DNA from: Trichoplax adhaerens
Taxonomy: Eukaryota; Animalia; Placozoa
Direction of reading: 5' to 3'
Length of the DNA stretch: 64,000 nt
Assembly (NCBI RefSeq): GCF_000150275.1
Contig: NW_002060969.1
Coordinates: 124,001-188,000, forward strand
The notes beneath the pieces are model-generated. The model saw nothing but the letters and a program-made list of their open reading frames with translations, was not told the origin of the DNA and searched no databases. The translations under genes and the position numbers were made by a program. This document shows, one piece after another, positions 11,672-25,203 of this stretch. Within the stretch, counting starts at the first letter, position 1. Each line of letters begins with the position of its first letter.

Positions 11672-14600
11672 ATGGATCTTATGAGGCATAAGAGTGAGAC
11701 TTCGAAGCGTATTACTGTATTAATTAATTGAAAGAAAAGAAATCGATTTTATCGTGATTGTAAATAAAGTCAAAATATAGAAAGTGTAATACAGTCATGT
11801 GTAAAAGCTTTGAATATGCCAACTACTGTACAAATTACTGGTTCTTTTTACTCTGCTAAAACTTTAAGTATGTACTCGTACAGTACCATTAGGGTAATAT
11901 GGCTAATTATATCAATTAATTAATTAATACCAGTAAATTACCCGTTTAAATGAACTGGAATATAATCTGCACAAAGCAATAAATTAAAAGAAATTTACAA
12001 CTAGATTATCTTAATATACGGTATACGGTTCCTACCTAGATTGGTAGATTGGTATCACAATTGGTATTTTGCTCATACGGTATAATGCTCAAATTCTCTC
12101 TAGTATTAGCGCGAGACATTTGAACACTTGGATCAAGTGTATTAGACATTGATATAGTATAAGAATTTGCAAGGTCCGTCCAATGCACTTAATCCGAACA
12201 CTTTTTGCAGTCAATATTTAATCATCGAAAAGTACAGTAACGTTTCTTATGGATTACAACATTTTATTGCTATTTTGTAACATCGCTGCTAGTTTTGGAG
12301 CAATGATGAATTTGATGATTCAACGCTTAATGTCGGCTAATGGATATTATATTGCTGCTACCCGCCAATTCGCCAAATAATTTAATAATTAATTTGAAAT
12401 TCATCCGATACCAGCTAAGACTACAGCAGGTATTTATGATCATTTTCCGTCAAGTATAGGAAAGGGATTTCAGCCAACAAAGAAAACGTGTTTGTGTCTG
12501 GCTTTAATACTTGGAATCTTAGGAATAATTGGAATTATCACGTTTTCCGTTTTGCATCAGAGAAAGATTGCTGTCATACCACGGCAGGTAGAATTTGCAA
12601 TTTCTTTTTCTGTTAATCTGCTTTCGAAATTCAATGCGTTCAATTGTGTAGGTGAGTAGCGTTATGTTTGAGTTTTTACCGTAAAAATGGATTCGCTAAC
12701 TTAATGAGTACTGTACAGCATTGTATTTGGATACATCTGATGGTGTAATAATTGATGTAAGTCATAATATCTGGTATCTATGTTGAGTGTATACGTGTAC
12801 AGTACTGTACTGTACATACTGTACATGTAGGACAGCCAATGCTAAACATTGCTGAGTTAGTAATTAAGAGTGATTAAATGGTCACTAATGTTTTTGTCAT
12901 TTCTGTAGTTTGGTGTTGTAATCGATGCCGGCTCGACGCACACTCAAGCCAATCTGTATTCATGGCCTGCTTTGAAAATCAATTGTACTGGTGTTATTTC
13001 TCGACTAGCATCTATAAAATGCGCAGGTATAATCATATATGTTATTAGTAGCCTTGATAATTTGAGTTATGCGCTAGTCTTGTTTGCAATATTTAAGTTC
13101 ATTTTGTATGATTCTCACGTACAGGCGTTAACTAGATATATTGTTGTATCATTAATAGATGCATGTGTAGAACAGAAAATTTATACCATTTACTTGAAAC
13201 CTTGTTACAACTCTTTGCAAATGTATTTACGACACGCTTACACTAACTTTGCATTCATTCTTTTACGACTACGGAATGCAGATACAGTATCGTGTCACCT
13301 AGAGTCTATTTTCGTGTTTACTAGTACCATATTGTATGCCTACAATTCCATATCAAGTTCCATCTGTAATTTATCTCTTCATTAAGCAGCAGAAGGTGAT
13401 CATGGGAGCGTACTGATAGTATGAATGATGTCTCCTCTTAGGGTCCGGAATTGCGGATTATGGTAGTCATCCTGGCGATTTAGTAATGCCGCTGTTGTCT
13501 TGCATATCAAAGGCGATAACTCCATTGGTGCCTATAGACGAGAGATCGGAAACTGAGTTATTTTTAGGCGCTACCGCTGGGATGAGGCTTCTACAGTAAT
13601 TATCTCTAATAATTCTAATGTCATATGGAAACTAGTGTCTTGGATGAAAACATAATCATTGCTACAAATTATATAATTATTTATGCTTCCTTGCGCGAAA
13701 TTCGGAATTTACATTTACAGACTATGAACTATGAAAGATTGCCAAAAAAACAATTACTCTAGTAGCTACGGTATTATAGTGATAAATGCACAATATAGGG
13801 TACGATTGTACTGCTACTAGAAAGTGAAAGACAAGTTATAGGCGCTGTCAAAGTCTATAGTACGTACTGAACGATTATCTAATGGAATATTTACCGTATA
13901 TTCAATAGAGCGGTGAACAGATCGCAAGCAGAAGCAATTTTACATTCGATTAGAAACGTATTTCAGAAGCTCCCGTTTAAGACATCAAATGAAAGTGTAA
14001 AGATAATTACTGGGGAAAAGGAAGGAGCTTTTGCTTGGATTGCTATTAATTACATTACTGGTGTGATCCATTCCAGGGAGGTAGTAGATGAAAATTTATT
14101 AGTCGATTTTATTATTCGCTTTGCTATCATTGCTTTAGTAACTATGCAGTATCACGAGGCACAAAGGGGTGTAAATACTGGCTTGAACATAGGTAAAATG
14201 ATAATTTTATTATGTTTTTTAAGAGCTTTCCGGTAACCTATCTGGATACAACAACTAACCACGAAACTTACGGAGCTTTAGATATGGGAGGAGCTTCGAC
14301 GCAGATATCCTTTAGTCCTAAGTCTGCAGTTACTCTGCATCCTAAGTATGAAAATAATTTTCATTTGTTTGGAACGAAGTATAGAGTTTATTCACATAGT
14401 TTCCTGTGTTACGGCATCAATGAAATCACAAGAAGATATTTAGCAAGCTTGGCGTCTGTAAGTGTTATATGAAAGTACTAACAGGGCTATAATATACAGG
14501 TTATTACGATAGCACGCTTATTTATTGCCATTGGCTTACACTCGGATCTCTTTGTATTTTAGAATTCTTCAAGTCTGAATATGGTCGTAGATCCTTGTGC

Positions 14601-15641
14601 GCCGAATGGAGCAGTTTTTAATAGAACCATTTACTACTTATATAAGGCACCATGCAGCCTTGGTTTAGTCAGTCAAACTAACTTGGATAATGAAATTATT
14701 GTTTCAGGTGTAACTAATATGCCTGTTAACATTACGTTTTACGGAGATTTTAACGCAAAAAAATGCCAAATGCAAGTCAAAAACCTCTTTAATAAAACAG
14801 AATGTGATGATTCGTGCTCATTTAATGGAGTTTTTCAACCCGCTCTCCACGGAAAATATGCTGTAAGTTGCATATGCAAGAAATAGCATAATTATATCTG
14901 GTACATTAGCTACTAAGCAGTTAATTAAATGCATAGATCTCCGATATAAGACTTTTATTGCTAGACGATACTTTATCAATACTTTTCAGGCATCATCTTA
15001 CTTTTATTACGATGTAAAATTTTTAAACCTTACCACGACCGATGGTAATATTTCAATGACGGCTTTTAAGAACTCAGTAAAGCGCTTATGTTCACTTTCG
15101 TGGTCGCAGGTATGAAAATATAAGAATTTCTTTATTTGTCGTAATTCTACTCATATTCTTACTATTGATTTCTTACAGATTGTATATATAACATCGGCGA
15201 ATAAATCGGAACTCCCAGTGTACTGTTTTAGGTTACATTATATACTTACTATTCTCCAGTATGGGTACGGATTCAATCAGAGAATGTGGAAACAGTTACT
15301 ATTTCTTAAAAAAGTAATTATATGATTCAACTATAAAGTGAATACTTTATTTACCTGCGCTTGATCTCAGATTATTAAGAAGACACGCTACATTTTAATT
15401 TTAATAGGTTAACGGCTCTGATTTAAGCTGGCCAATGGGATATATGCTCGATAGAACCAACTATATCCCACAAAAAGCTGCCTACTTCACTTCTGAATTT
15501 GGAGGGTCTGGCTTTATAATTGCCCTTTTGCTGTGCATTTTACTTATTCTTCTTGGAATAAGTTTTGTTATATTTGTGCTATCTATTAAGAATACGCCAC
15601 GAAGACGTTATAACTTACTGAGTTCTTATGGATCAATTTAG
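11672..15641 (+). CDS. Ectonucleoside triphosphate diphosphohydrolase (GDA1/CD39 family, two-TM cell-surface type); first exon uncertain
   Basis: Apyrase conserved regions IDAGSTHT, LGATAGMRLL, IITGEKEGAFAWIAINY, GALDMGGASTQ and SWPMGYM; N-terminal TM exon at about 12415-12587 and C-terminal TM in the last exon; CSFNGVFQP. Confidence 0.92.
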
Positions 15642-16094
15642 TATTTTAGAACTATATAACCTAGATTTATGCTGTAGATTTCCTAAAAGTATGATTACTA
15701 ATGGATGGACTGATGTTTCGTCCTTTCTTTATCGTTTTGCAATTCTTATGATGGCGCTAGCGATAATGTACATTGCAATAATGATGCTAATGTAGTGATA
15801 AAAATCGTTTGTATAAATAGTTTAAATATGTTTGATGACTTTGAAATCATGCCTTTTAAGTTTTATTGTAGCAAGATAGATTTACTTTGTCTGTTGGCTT
15901 CTAGTACATTTTATTATTTATGATCTACTATGACAAGTATCAACGCTCTATTCTGACACATTCCTGTAGCTGCATACTATACAATGCATAGCTACTATCT
16001 GAAAATAATTACTATGCTGAAAATGACTTCATTAAACTAAATACCTCTTCTCATGTTGTGTGCATATTCTGAGGCATTCAGTATATAAATACGT

Positions 16095-16775
16095 GTATAT
16101 GTTGGTACATAGTATGATGATGTGTCATATAGCGAATGGTCCAGTATGCAATAATTCATAATATTAAAAAAGGAATGACAGTAGAGAGATGTGTGCCACA
16201 TGCTGGTGCTAGGGACTACCAATAAGAAGGAGGTGGGGCAGGAAACGGCCTTCAGAACAAAATAATGTGGAGGTTTATCACTTTTTTGATCATTCTGCTG
16301 TACCGTACCAATGAAACCGTATACCATACAGCATAAAACCAACTTAGCAGGCTAATAGCGGCTAATTTGGATATTAATAAGAGACAGTATAGTTCACCGT
16401 TGAAGACGTGTGATACGGTTGAAATGGCCAGTAAAATAATTAATTTATCAGCCTTCATGTTATTATTATAGTAAACGGCCGTTTCCTGTTTTGTTTCGTC
16501 TCTTTCCTTTTAGTAGTCCTTGCTGGTGTACAGAACTGTGGTTATCATTGAGATATACAAGCGCAGTGTCTACAGTATAATGATAATCACATCCTAAATT
16601 CATACCTGGGAATATTTCTTAGGCCAGATTTCGAAGTAAAAGATTGGTATATCACTGAACGCAAGTGAATAGTAGGGTACACTTGACGCTTATTGATATT
16701 ATGATTCACGCATGCATACAAGTATCAGACAGATGCAATCATAGTTCAGTTGTTGTAGTGTACTATGATATAACT
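16095..16775 (+). ncRNA. Long imperfect G-U-rich RNA hairpin (hpRNA-like), either in an extended NTPDase 3' UTR or independent
   Basis: Nested helices such as GAGGTGGGGCAGGAAACGGCC (16230-16250) / GGCCGTTTCCTGTTTTGTTTC (16477-16497) and AATAATGTGGAGGT (16261-16274) / GCCTTCATGTTATT (16451-16464), fully paired only if G-U is allowed on the + strand. Confidence 0.75.
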
Positions 16776-18343
16776 AGATTAATTGTTGTGTGATAATAAC
16801 GAGCGCTGATTTAATACGATAATATCTGATCGGTGTTTTTTATTAACTTCCATGGTGTCAGAGGTTAAATCGCTAGCATGACAGTCACCGAGTATGCCAG
16901 CTTGACTTTTTTGCAACTTTGTGCATGCTGAACCGGCCTACTATACTGTACATTATACATGCATCGATGGTAAAAGGAGACTGTGTACTGTACGTACAGA
17001 GATCTAAAGTTATAGACGATACACTGTAGGAGTCCCGCTGAGTACTCTACCGCTACTGTGAAGTTTACTGTACTGCCGCATTGCTGTGAATAGTGTAAAG
17101 TGGAAGTAAATAGCGGCTTACTGCGTCGCAATGTGAATGTAACATAGACGAGTGCACAATGAACTGCTACAATAATTCGATGTGAGTTATATCGGTTAAA
17201 GACAATCAGTTACTATACAAATACGCCTATAAATAAATACCATATTTTAAGCGTACAATAAATATTAGGCACTGCCGGTAACACGGCAAATTACATTGCT
17301 CGTCGTTTTCAAAGGCCAGGTAGGAAATGATTAACGTCATATTTTGCTAATAATCGTATTCGAGAAAGTTTGTAGTTGAATTATGCTAAATATGATCTCC
17401 AAGATTACGCTTTTACCACCGTTTTGTATTAACATTAAGAGATAATTTTAAAGTCTCTTAAATCGATTACAGATACCAACCGTATTGAAAATGAATATTA
17501 GCAGATCATAGATTTCAAAGCTATTATATACGCGTATTCAGCCATTTTCGTTTAAGTAACTAGGAACGAGATAGTGCCCTCGTATCAGATTTTATAGTTA
17601 ACGAATGCCATTCGAAATTTTTTTACATCTTTTACTACAAAATATGCAGTATTATATATTTTCGCTATTAATATATTTAATTCCCATGAAATCTTACTAA
17701 ATTGCCATATTATTGTCAGATATCAATACACTGTTGTACGTGTATTTACAATTTTCTATTTATACTGTGGATAACATACAATGAATAACAGATACGAGTA
17801 TAGCACACATTTTAATTATCGAGCGCTCCTGATACCATAGTTTATTCATTATCATAAGCAGAGGCAAGGTTGCAATGCGTGAAAGCAAGGGCTACTTTCT
17901 AATCAATCATAAAAATCGCGATAACTCTTGGCATCAGGAGTTCTGGCACGCAATGGAGTACAATAGCAAGAATTACGTAGTAAAACCAAGGATTAAACAT
18001 TTAGAGTTTTATAGGTTATACCAATTCATTTATGATATTAGAGTATATGATACAATATAGTACAGGAGTTCATCTTTATATTGAGCACATGCAACGATAA
18101 AAATTGGGATGGTTACAGCTATACCTATTTAACATTATATATAGATGTATCTTTGAAAGCCAAGATGACCATACCGTATATATCGTTAACAGCTAACTTT
18201 AAATTAATTACATGTAATCGAGATTAGGCCTGAATAATAACAATGGAAGATAAATTATCAAGGAAACTTCTAAGTAATACTCTTATGACAAACAGACAAA
18301 TGAGATCTTAGTTAGGGAGGAATTATCTCGCTATTACCTGACT

Positions 18344-21046
18344 TTAAAAGTGTAATTCCATGGGCTCGTCCCTACGGGTTTCTTGAGGACAGTAAGGACA
18401 TTTCATCCTAATTACATTTTAAGTTTAAATTAATGAAATTGTAGTATATAAACACTTGAAAAATACGTGTATGTGTATGAGCGATAATGAGCATATTGTA
18501 ATAAACCATATAGATTAAATACTTAAAATCTCTTACTTGCTGCCAGTTAATAGCTTGTTGACAGCTTCTTTGGAAATTGCATGTCCACAAGAAAGCCTCA
18601 TGGGTGGATTCGCTTCCGTACTTCTACTTCGCATTACTGGACAAGCAAATGCCGAATGGAACCGATATTTCGGGCCCAAGTCAATCTCAATCTGTAAAAA
18701 TAAAATTTTTGTTAACTATTCGAAACGAAACTAAATATGTATTATAAAACATACAGGCAATTCATCAGCGTTCGACCAAACATCATGTAAGTGAGGATAC
18801 TTTAATTGAGACTTGAGCATTAGAAGAGAAGTTGCAGCTAAACAACCCGCATTTAAACTGCAATTAGATAAAATTTGTATAAACAAAAATAGAAGTCAAT
18901 ATAGCGGATATAACTGTAGCATATTTTTCCTTTTTTGCAAATCCGTTACCAATATACAGCGTTGTGAAAACGCGATAAGAACGTCGTAGCCAGATCATAA
19001 TCTAATACCTTATAGCTAACGAGCTCTCGCATGGTAGACCCATTAGAGCACAAGCATCACTAACAATGACATCGCAAACCTCCATCCAAATATTGGGATT
19101 CAAAAACGTCGCATAGGGTGAAGTTGAAAGACGACCATTTTTACTGAATAGGAAACATGCCATCAACTTTTGTAATTCTGTAGCAGAGGATAATTTATTC
19201 ATCCGTGAGAGATAGTATATTTGTTTTATGTAAGATTATCATATTAACTGTTACTGGAATAATTCACTCATAAATTAGTTGACCTTTTTGATGTCTTTGG
19301 CTACAGCTGCTAAAATGACGAGCATATTCCAAAGCCCGGCGTTCATTATCTTGCAATAGCGATATAAATTTAATTCGATGTAACATAAACTCTAACGGGC
19401 TATTTCTAGCATCCAAGGCAGGTTTGTGTTGCACTACCCATCTGTAAATATTTACTATGTCTTACATGATATACGTATCTACGACCTCTAAATTATCCGA
19501 TGCATACGACTATATTACGGTAGAATTTAAAAATATTTAAGAAGTGATAAAATTTTACTAACTGCATTGCAGGATCTAAGTTATGGTCTCTACATGCCCG
19601 CAGGATCTGATTTAATTCCATAAAAGGCTCTAGTCTAGATTCGTCCCAATCTAATTCTGCCTCCTAGCAAAGATACAATTGTTTGAGTGGGTTATGATTC
19701 TAGATCTATATTTGTAGACATATGTCAGCACTTATACTGTATATAATTAAATAATTGATATATAATAATACATAAAATTGGTTGATTGAATGTAGAACCT
19801 TAATAAGGGTTCTACCGACATCGATACAACCAAGCCGTAGTAAATGTTCACAGATGATTTCCATTAATGCGCCTTGTTTATTTGCGTCCACGACGTCTTC
19901 CTTGCCCAGTATATGATCATCCGTTACAAAGTTCTGTAAGAATATCTGAAGTTAGCAAACGCTTATCATTAACTTCTAATTCGAGAGTGTTGGCTACCTT
20001 AAACACTTAACTGCGATCTAGTACATTTTATTGTACATTAATATTCAAAATTTGGATATGCTGTAGTACAAGGTACAATTACGGTATTGTATAGTGAAAT
20101 TTACCTGACAAATAATTAGTAAAAATGTTTAGAAAATGCATACAAATCGATCTAGTTAGGACTGAAATTGCTTATAACTCTTTAAAGTTGCCATTGCTGA
20201 TTAGAAAGTTTACTGTCCATGACTGTTTATTTTTATAAAATAGAGTCAAAGATTGGAAAGCATAGCCATCGAAATTTCTCGGGCAATACGATCACACCTT
20301 ATCAATAGCCTTTCCTATTTTCGAAATACTGGAATGAAGTTCTTTATGATTACTGGAAATTTTCGATACAGTCTCCTTGATACGTTCTATGGTTCGCGTT
20401 AAGGACTGAATGATTGAAAAGCTGGATATAGGATCTTGATCGGTCTCTACAAAGTTAAAAGTGGCATCAGAAGCAATCAATTCTTACATATGCGTGAAAT
20501 ATACAAAAGAGTATGATTATACGACCATTGTACTGTATTGTTTTTTTAAACAAATTGTACATTAGGCTCAACCATTTGGGTGAGTTTGCTGATTTTTACT
20601 CAATTTCATGTTTAGTGCATCATAAAATAAGTTCTAGAAACGAAGGTCTCATGCTTAACAGTGTACAGTACACGTATGTAGAGATTGTACTGCACATTGC
20701 GATCTTTTTCATGTTACTGTACGCGTATTCGATTCATCATCCACGAAGTTAAGCCTTGCAGGTTAAATCTCTCAAAAGGAGATATACTGTATATGGATAG
20801 TTAATTATTTCAATCAACTATGCACCGATGATCGATACCTTTTAAGGCTGTAAATTGTTGTTGTACATTAGCAACGTATTCTATTAAGCCATCAATATCT
20901 TGATGATATTGTTGATGAGCAACGTTTATTTTCGTAGCGGCTTTCTCAACCTCGTTGCTAACTGATTCTAATCCTTTCCACTCTTTGGTACTTTTTTCTT
21001 CACAATCAGGTTTACTTTCTGTATCTGCTGACATTATGTGATCCAT
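18344..21046 (-). CDS. RMND5: RMND5 / Gid2 E3 ligase subunit of the CTLH complex
   Basis: HKELHSSISKIGKAIDK, LisH (IICEHLLRLG), CTLH (LEFMLHRIKFI), ELPIEIDLG..FHSAFACPVMR..NPPMRLSCGHAISK, MKCPYCP RING-like end. Confidence 0.93.
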
Positions 21047-21189
21047 ACCAATTTAACGCTCGTACATTTACGTTATGCTGTAGTAGTTTATAGATAGTTA
21101 AATTAAATTGAAAGGAATCGTTGTCACTTTGCTTTACACGGCGATTGAGATTAGAAACTAGAAATTACAGTGAAGACCGAATGCACACT

Positions 21190-21345
21190 CAGTAGTACTA
21201 CAGTATGTTAGTACAGATACTTTACAGTACTGTACTGTACATTCAGTACAATATCTTACCGGTACGCTCTGTTACAGTGTACAGTACAGTACAGTACTAC
21301 TGTACTACTGTACATGTACTATACAGTACAGTACTAGTACTGTTC
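21190..21345. promoter_or_regulatory. ACAGT array in the RMND5/FNTA divergent promoter
   Basis: Dense tacagtac/ctgtac repeats between ATGs only about 350 bp apart. Confidence 0.6.
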
Positions 21346-21393
21346 ATGCCACTTTCGTTTACTAGTTGTGTTGTAGTCAGTACGAAAATTGTA

Positions 21394-23863
21394 ATGGCGT
21401 CCTTCGGCGATTCCTCATCATCAGAAAATGTGAAAGAGAGCACTTTATGTCGATATAATCCCGAATGGGCAGATGTCACTCCTATCGAACAAAATGACGG
21501 CTCTGTGTCCGTTGTGACCATCGCATACTCAGAGCAGTGTAAGTAAGTACTGCACTTAGTTCTCAACGCGGTTCTCAAACGCTAAACTTTCCAGTACTGT
21601 ACTGTGTTCAGCGAAAGTGCGCTGTTCGGAGATTATTACTGCACAGTACAGTACTTGCAACGCTCCACGAAGTAAGAAAAGAAAAGTGTTATAGAATGGT
21701 ACTTTACTTCAATTTCAATTTTATGATATTACGACCCAGTTTCTTGAGATTTTAAGCACACAAGAGATGCAAGTAGCTACGAATACTATACAAATCTAAC
21801 ACAAATTTGAACCTGACTCAAATTGTCGTAGGATTAAAGTTAAAAACTGTTAATTTAATAAAATAAAAGCTTATAAAGGACACATGCGGAGATCGTGGAA
21901 CTGTATCTGCTGATTGCGGTGTCGAACTTTATGGATTTGAATGATCCGGATTCCTTAATGCAAAATTTTTCGAAAGTTCGCACTCACTACAGCTGTGCAG
22001 GCATTACTTGCTGGACACAGAGCATGAAGAATAGCTAGTTACGCAAGTGTTAGACAAAGAAGCTTCTACATCAGAGCAATAAACTTTTATTGCAACATGC
22101 ATGATTTGTTCGTTGTTTTACTCTTCCCTTTTTGTCCGGAATTAAAAATAATAATATAATATTCTGGTCATAGTTATGAGTTGCCAATTGCCTTTCGTTT
22201 TTCTTGATAACTTGATTATGAAATGAACATCAGTTAAAGACGTTTTTGATTACTTCCGCGCTGTTATGAAGAGTCAAGAAGTCAGTGAACGCGCCTTTAA
22301 ACTAACATCCGATGCAATTGCAATATGTCCGGCAAACTACACAGTATGGTAAGATTCAATTCTTAGTCGTTCATAATCTGTAGTGTCATATCTGCTTAAC
22401 CTTAATTAAGCATTGTACTGTAGTTCTAGCGCATAACTGCGAGGATCTGCAGTGTTTAAAGTGTATCTATCTATCCATATCTACTGTATATTACATACTG
22501 TAAATAGATTTTACGTGTGTGCACATTACAGTGCATACAGCTGTACTGTATACTATGTATCGTTTCAGGGCTACCTTATCTGAGATATTTTGGCTAACTG
22601 CCACTAGCTTGACTCTTTCATTTTGTGCGCTTGTTGCTTGACCAAATCATAGTATAAATTTCAATTTTCAAACTCAAAATTTTTCACTTTTAGGTATCTT
22701 TCCTACAATTATAACATATTCATTTTTGGGGATTTTGTTAGGCAATATCGTCGAAGGTTATTAAAAGAACTGAAGAAGAATCTATGGGATGAATTGGAAA
22801 TGATTGGAAATTTCATTATCGAAGAACCTAAAAATTATCAGGTGTGGTACCACCGTCGAGTACTAGTGGAGTGGTTACATGATGCAACTCAGGAGCTAAG
22901 TTTTACCACAGAAGTCTTACAAGATGATCCAAAAAATTTTCATGCTTGGCAGCATCGTCAATGGTGTTTAAACACTTTTAATTTGTGGAATGATAATGGC
23001 CATAATGAATTAGCTTATACTTCTGATCGAATTAAAGAAGATGTTAGAAACAACTCTGCTTGGAATCAGCGCTACTATGTTATTAATAACACAATTGGTT
23101 TCAATGATGATGTTCTCAATAACGAAATAAGGTTATATTACCATAGGTCAACAAACAGTATTAAACATATCAAAACTAATAAAGGATTACGTTGCAATAA
23201 AATTGCAGACAGAAGCTAAAATAATCTTATTTCTTACTGATTTTAGTTTTACTTGGCATTGGATATCGAAAGCGCCTAACAATGAAAGTTCCTGGAATTA
23301 TTTGAGAGGGTGCATGCTTTTTTATTGAAGTATAATATGATCTTGTTATTCGTCATAGCCTCCCATGAAATTTCTATGTTATAATCTAATTGCATCATTT
23401 TTATAAGATTATATTTAAGAGACTTCAAAAATGTTATCTTTCTCAATAGAGTCCTTAATGGACGCATGAAGGCCTACCTCCATCCTGATCTGAAATCTGG
23501 TTGTACTTATTTACTGTCTCAAGGTTTAGAATCATCTCATTTATTAGCATTCTTATTTGATTTATACGAAGAAGAATTAGACGATGTACATGGCAGTACC
23601 GAAAACAATTACAAGATGAAGTTGCTTGCTAAATCAAATGAGGCATGTGAATTTCTCTATCCGAGTTTGATCAAATTTTGAATTGTCATAGTTGCAATCT
23701 TCGATAAATTTAAACGTAAAGATTGCGAATAAAAGTGTCTACTATAATCTTTTAGATATGTGATCGTTTAGCTGATGAGATTGATCCTATTAGAAAGAAA
23801 TACTGGAAGTATATGAAGCGACGATTGATCAACAAATTTGATCAAAGCGACTCTTTAAAGTAA
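21394..23863 (+). CDS. FNTA: Protein farnesyltransferase/GGTase-I alpha subunit
   Basis: [95 protein letters not shown] (PPTA repeats). Confidence 0.96.
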
Positions 23864-25203
23864 CAAGAATTCCTCTTTAAGATTTTATTGTTGCATAGAT
23901 CTATCTAACAGGAGCTAAAGTAGATATTTTTTATCATTCCCTTAAGCTATTAGATCTCATGAAAATACATAATGGTGTTGATTCTATTGTTGTACAGTAC
24001 AAGAAAATCAAACTTAATTTCTCAAAACTTTTAATACCTTTCTGATTATTCATACCTTAGTAGTCGGTGGGTGCATATTATAATATATTAAATCTGGGTT
24101 TCCTGCAATGTGTTCAGAACTGTGTAACTATATATATTATTATCTTAACTAAACTTGCTTTTTCTATGACAGTTTCAGTAATAATAGTTAGTAAAAAATT
24201 TAATAAAATAATAAATAATATAATCGGTAGAGCTATTAAAGTTTCGGTCCTATGAGTAACAAATTTTTTAGATGATTTTTCATAATGAAATAAGTAAATT
24301 TTGTGTATAATTGTTACATTAAAATTTTAAATTTTAAAATGCTCAGTTACGTAATTGTGTAATAACATACCGTACTCAGAAGTAATGAGAGATTAAGACA
24401 AGTATGCATACTTGGTCAAGTTTACATAATTTATCTTTTACTTATCAGTATTAGCAGAAAGATACATTATTTCACTAACAAACGTATTTGATAAAAGATC
24501 TTCGTATTTTAGAACAAATTGATCATAGGGCTTTGTCTTTGTGATCGTAATTGTACTTGTTTAATTAATCGGAAAATTTATAGCATATCCTGTACGGCTA
24601 TAACTAAATGATATTGTAATTTGCATGATTATGGGTAGGCTAATGGCTAAAAACTACTTCGCAGCATCTGATAATTGAATCTCTTATCCCCATCACCTAC
24701 CCATTAAAAAGACACGCTGTCAAAAATAGCAGGTCTAGTAATTGTGTAAATATTGGCTTTATTGATTTACAGTTTACCTACAGCTTCTTATTAGCATAAC
24801 CCTGCTGACATTATGTAGTCATTTAAGCGCACGATAATTACCAAGTATAGTATGTAGTAGTAAGCCATCCATTATGGAACTCACAATAACGCGTTTAAGC
24901 CATTAGTATGGATAGTTCATTTCATTTAAACGTAGAAAATACCATAGATTCATGATCACCCTTACAAATATACCATACTATAACCGTAATTTATGAAATA
25001 AATTTGTTACCTAATTTTCAAAGGTACTTCGCTAATAAATACTCATAGTGAATAAATAAACTCAATTGAATAAGATAAAATAAATTCAATGATTTCTCAA
25101 CAAATCGATATTTCTTAAGAAAACGAGGGAAGAACTTTGTCAAGAGGTGCCAATTTCGTACAGTTCATCGCTGTCATGTAACATAAATACCGAAATATCT
25201 GTA

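Noticed and set aside
12972-13385. 137-aa ORF
   Set aside because: End of an NTPDase exon reading on into an intron.
16037-16458. Minus-strand ORFs, one starting with a signal-peptide-like MKADKLIILLAISTV
   Set aside because: They overlap the + strand hairpin arms, every splice combination tried hits a stop quickly, and no homology was recognised.
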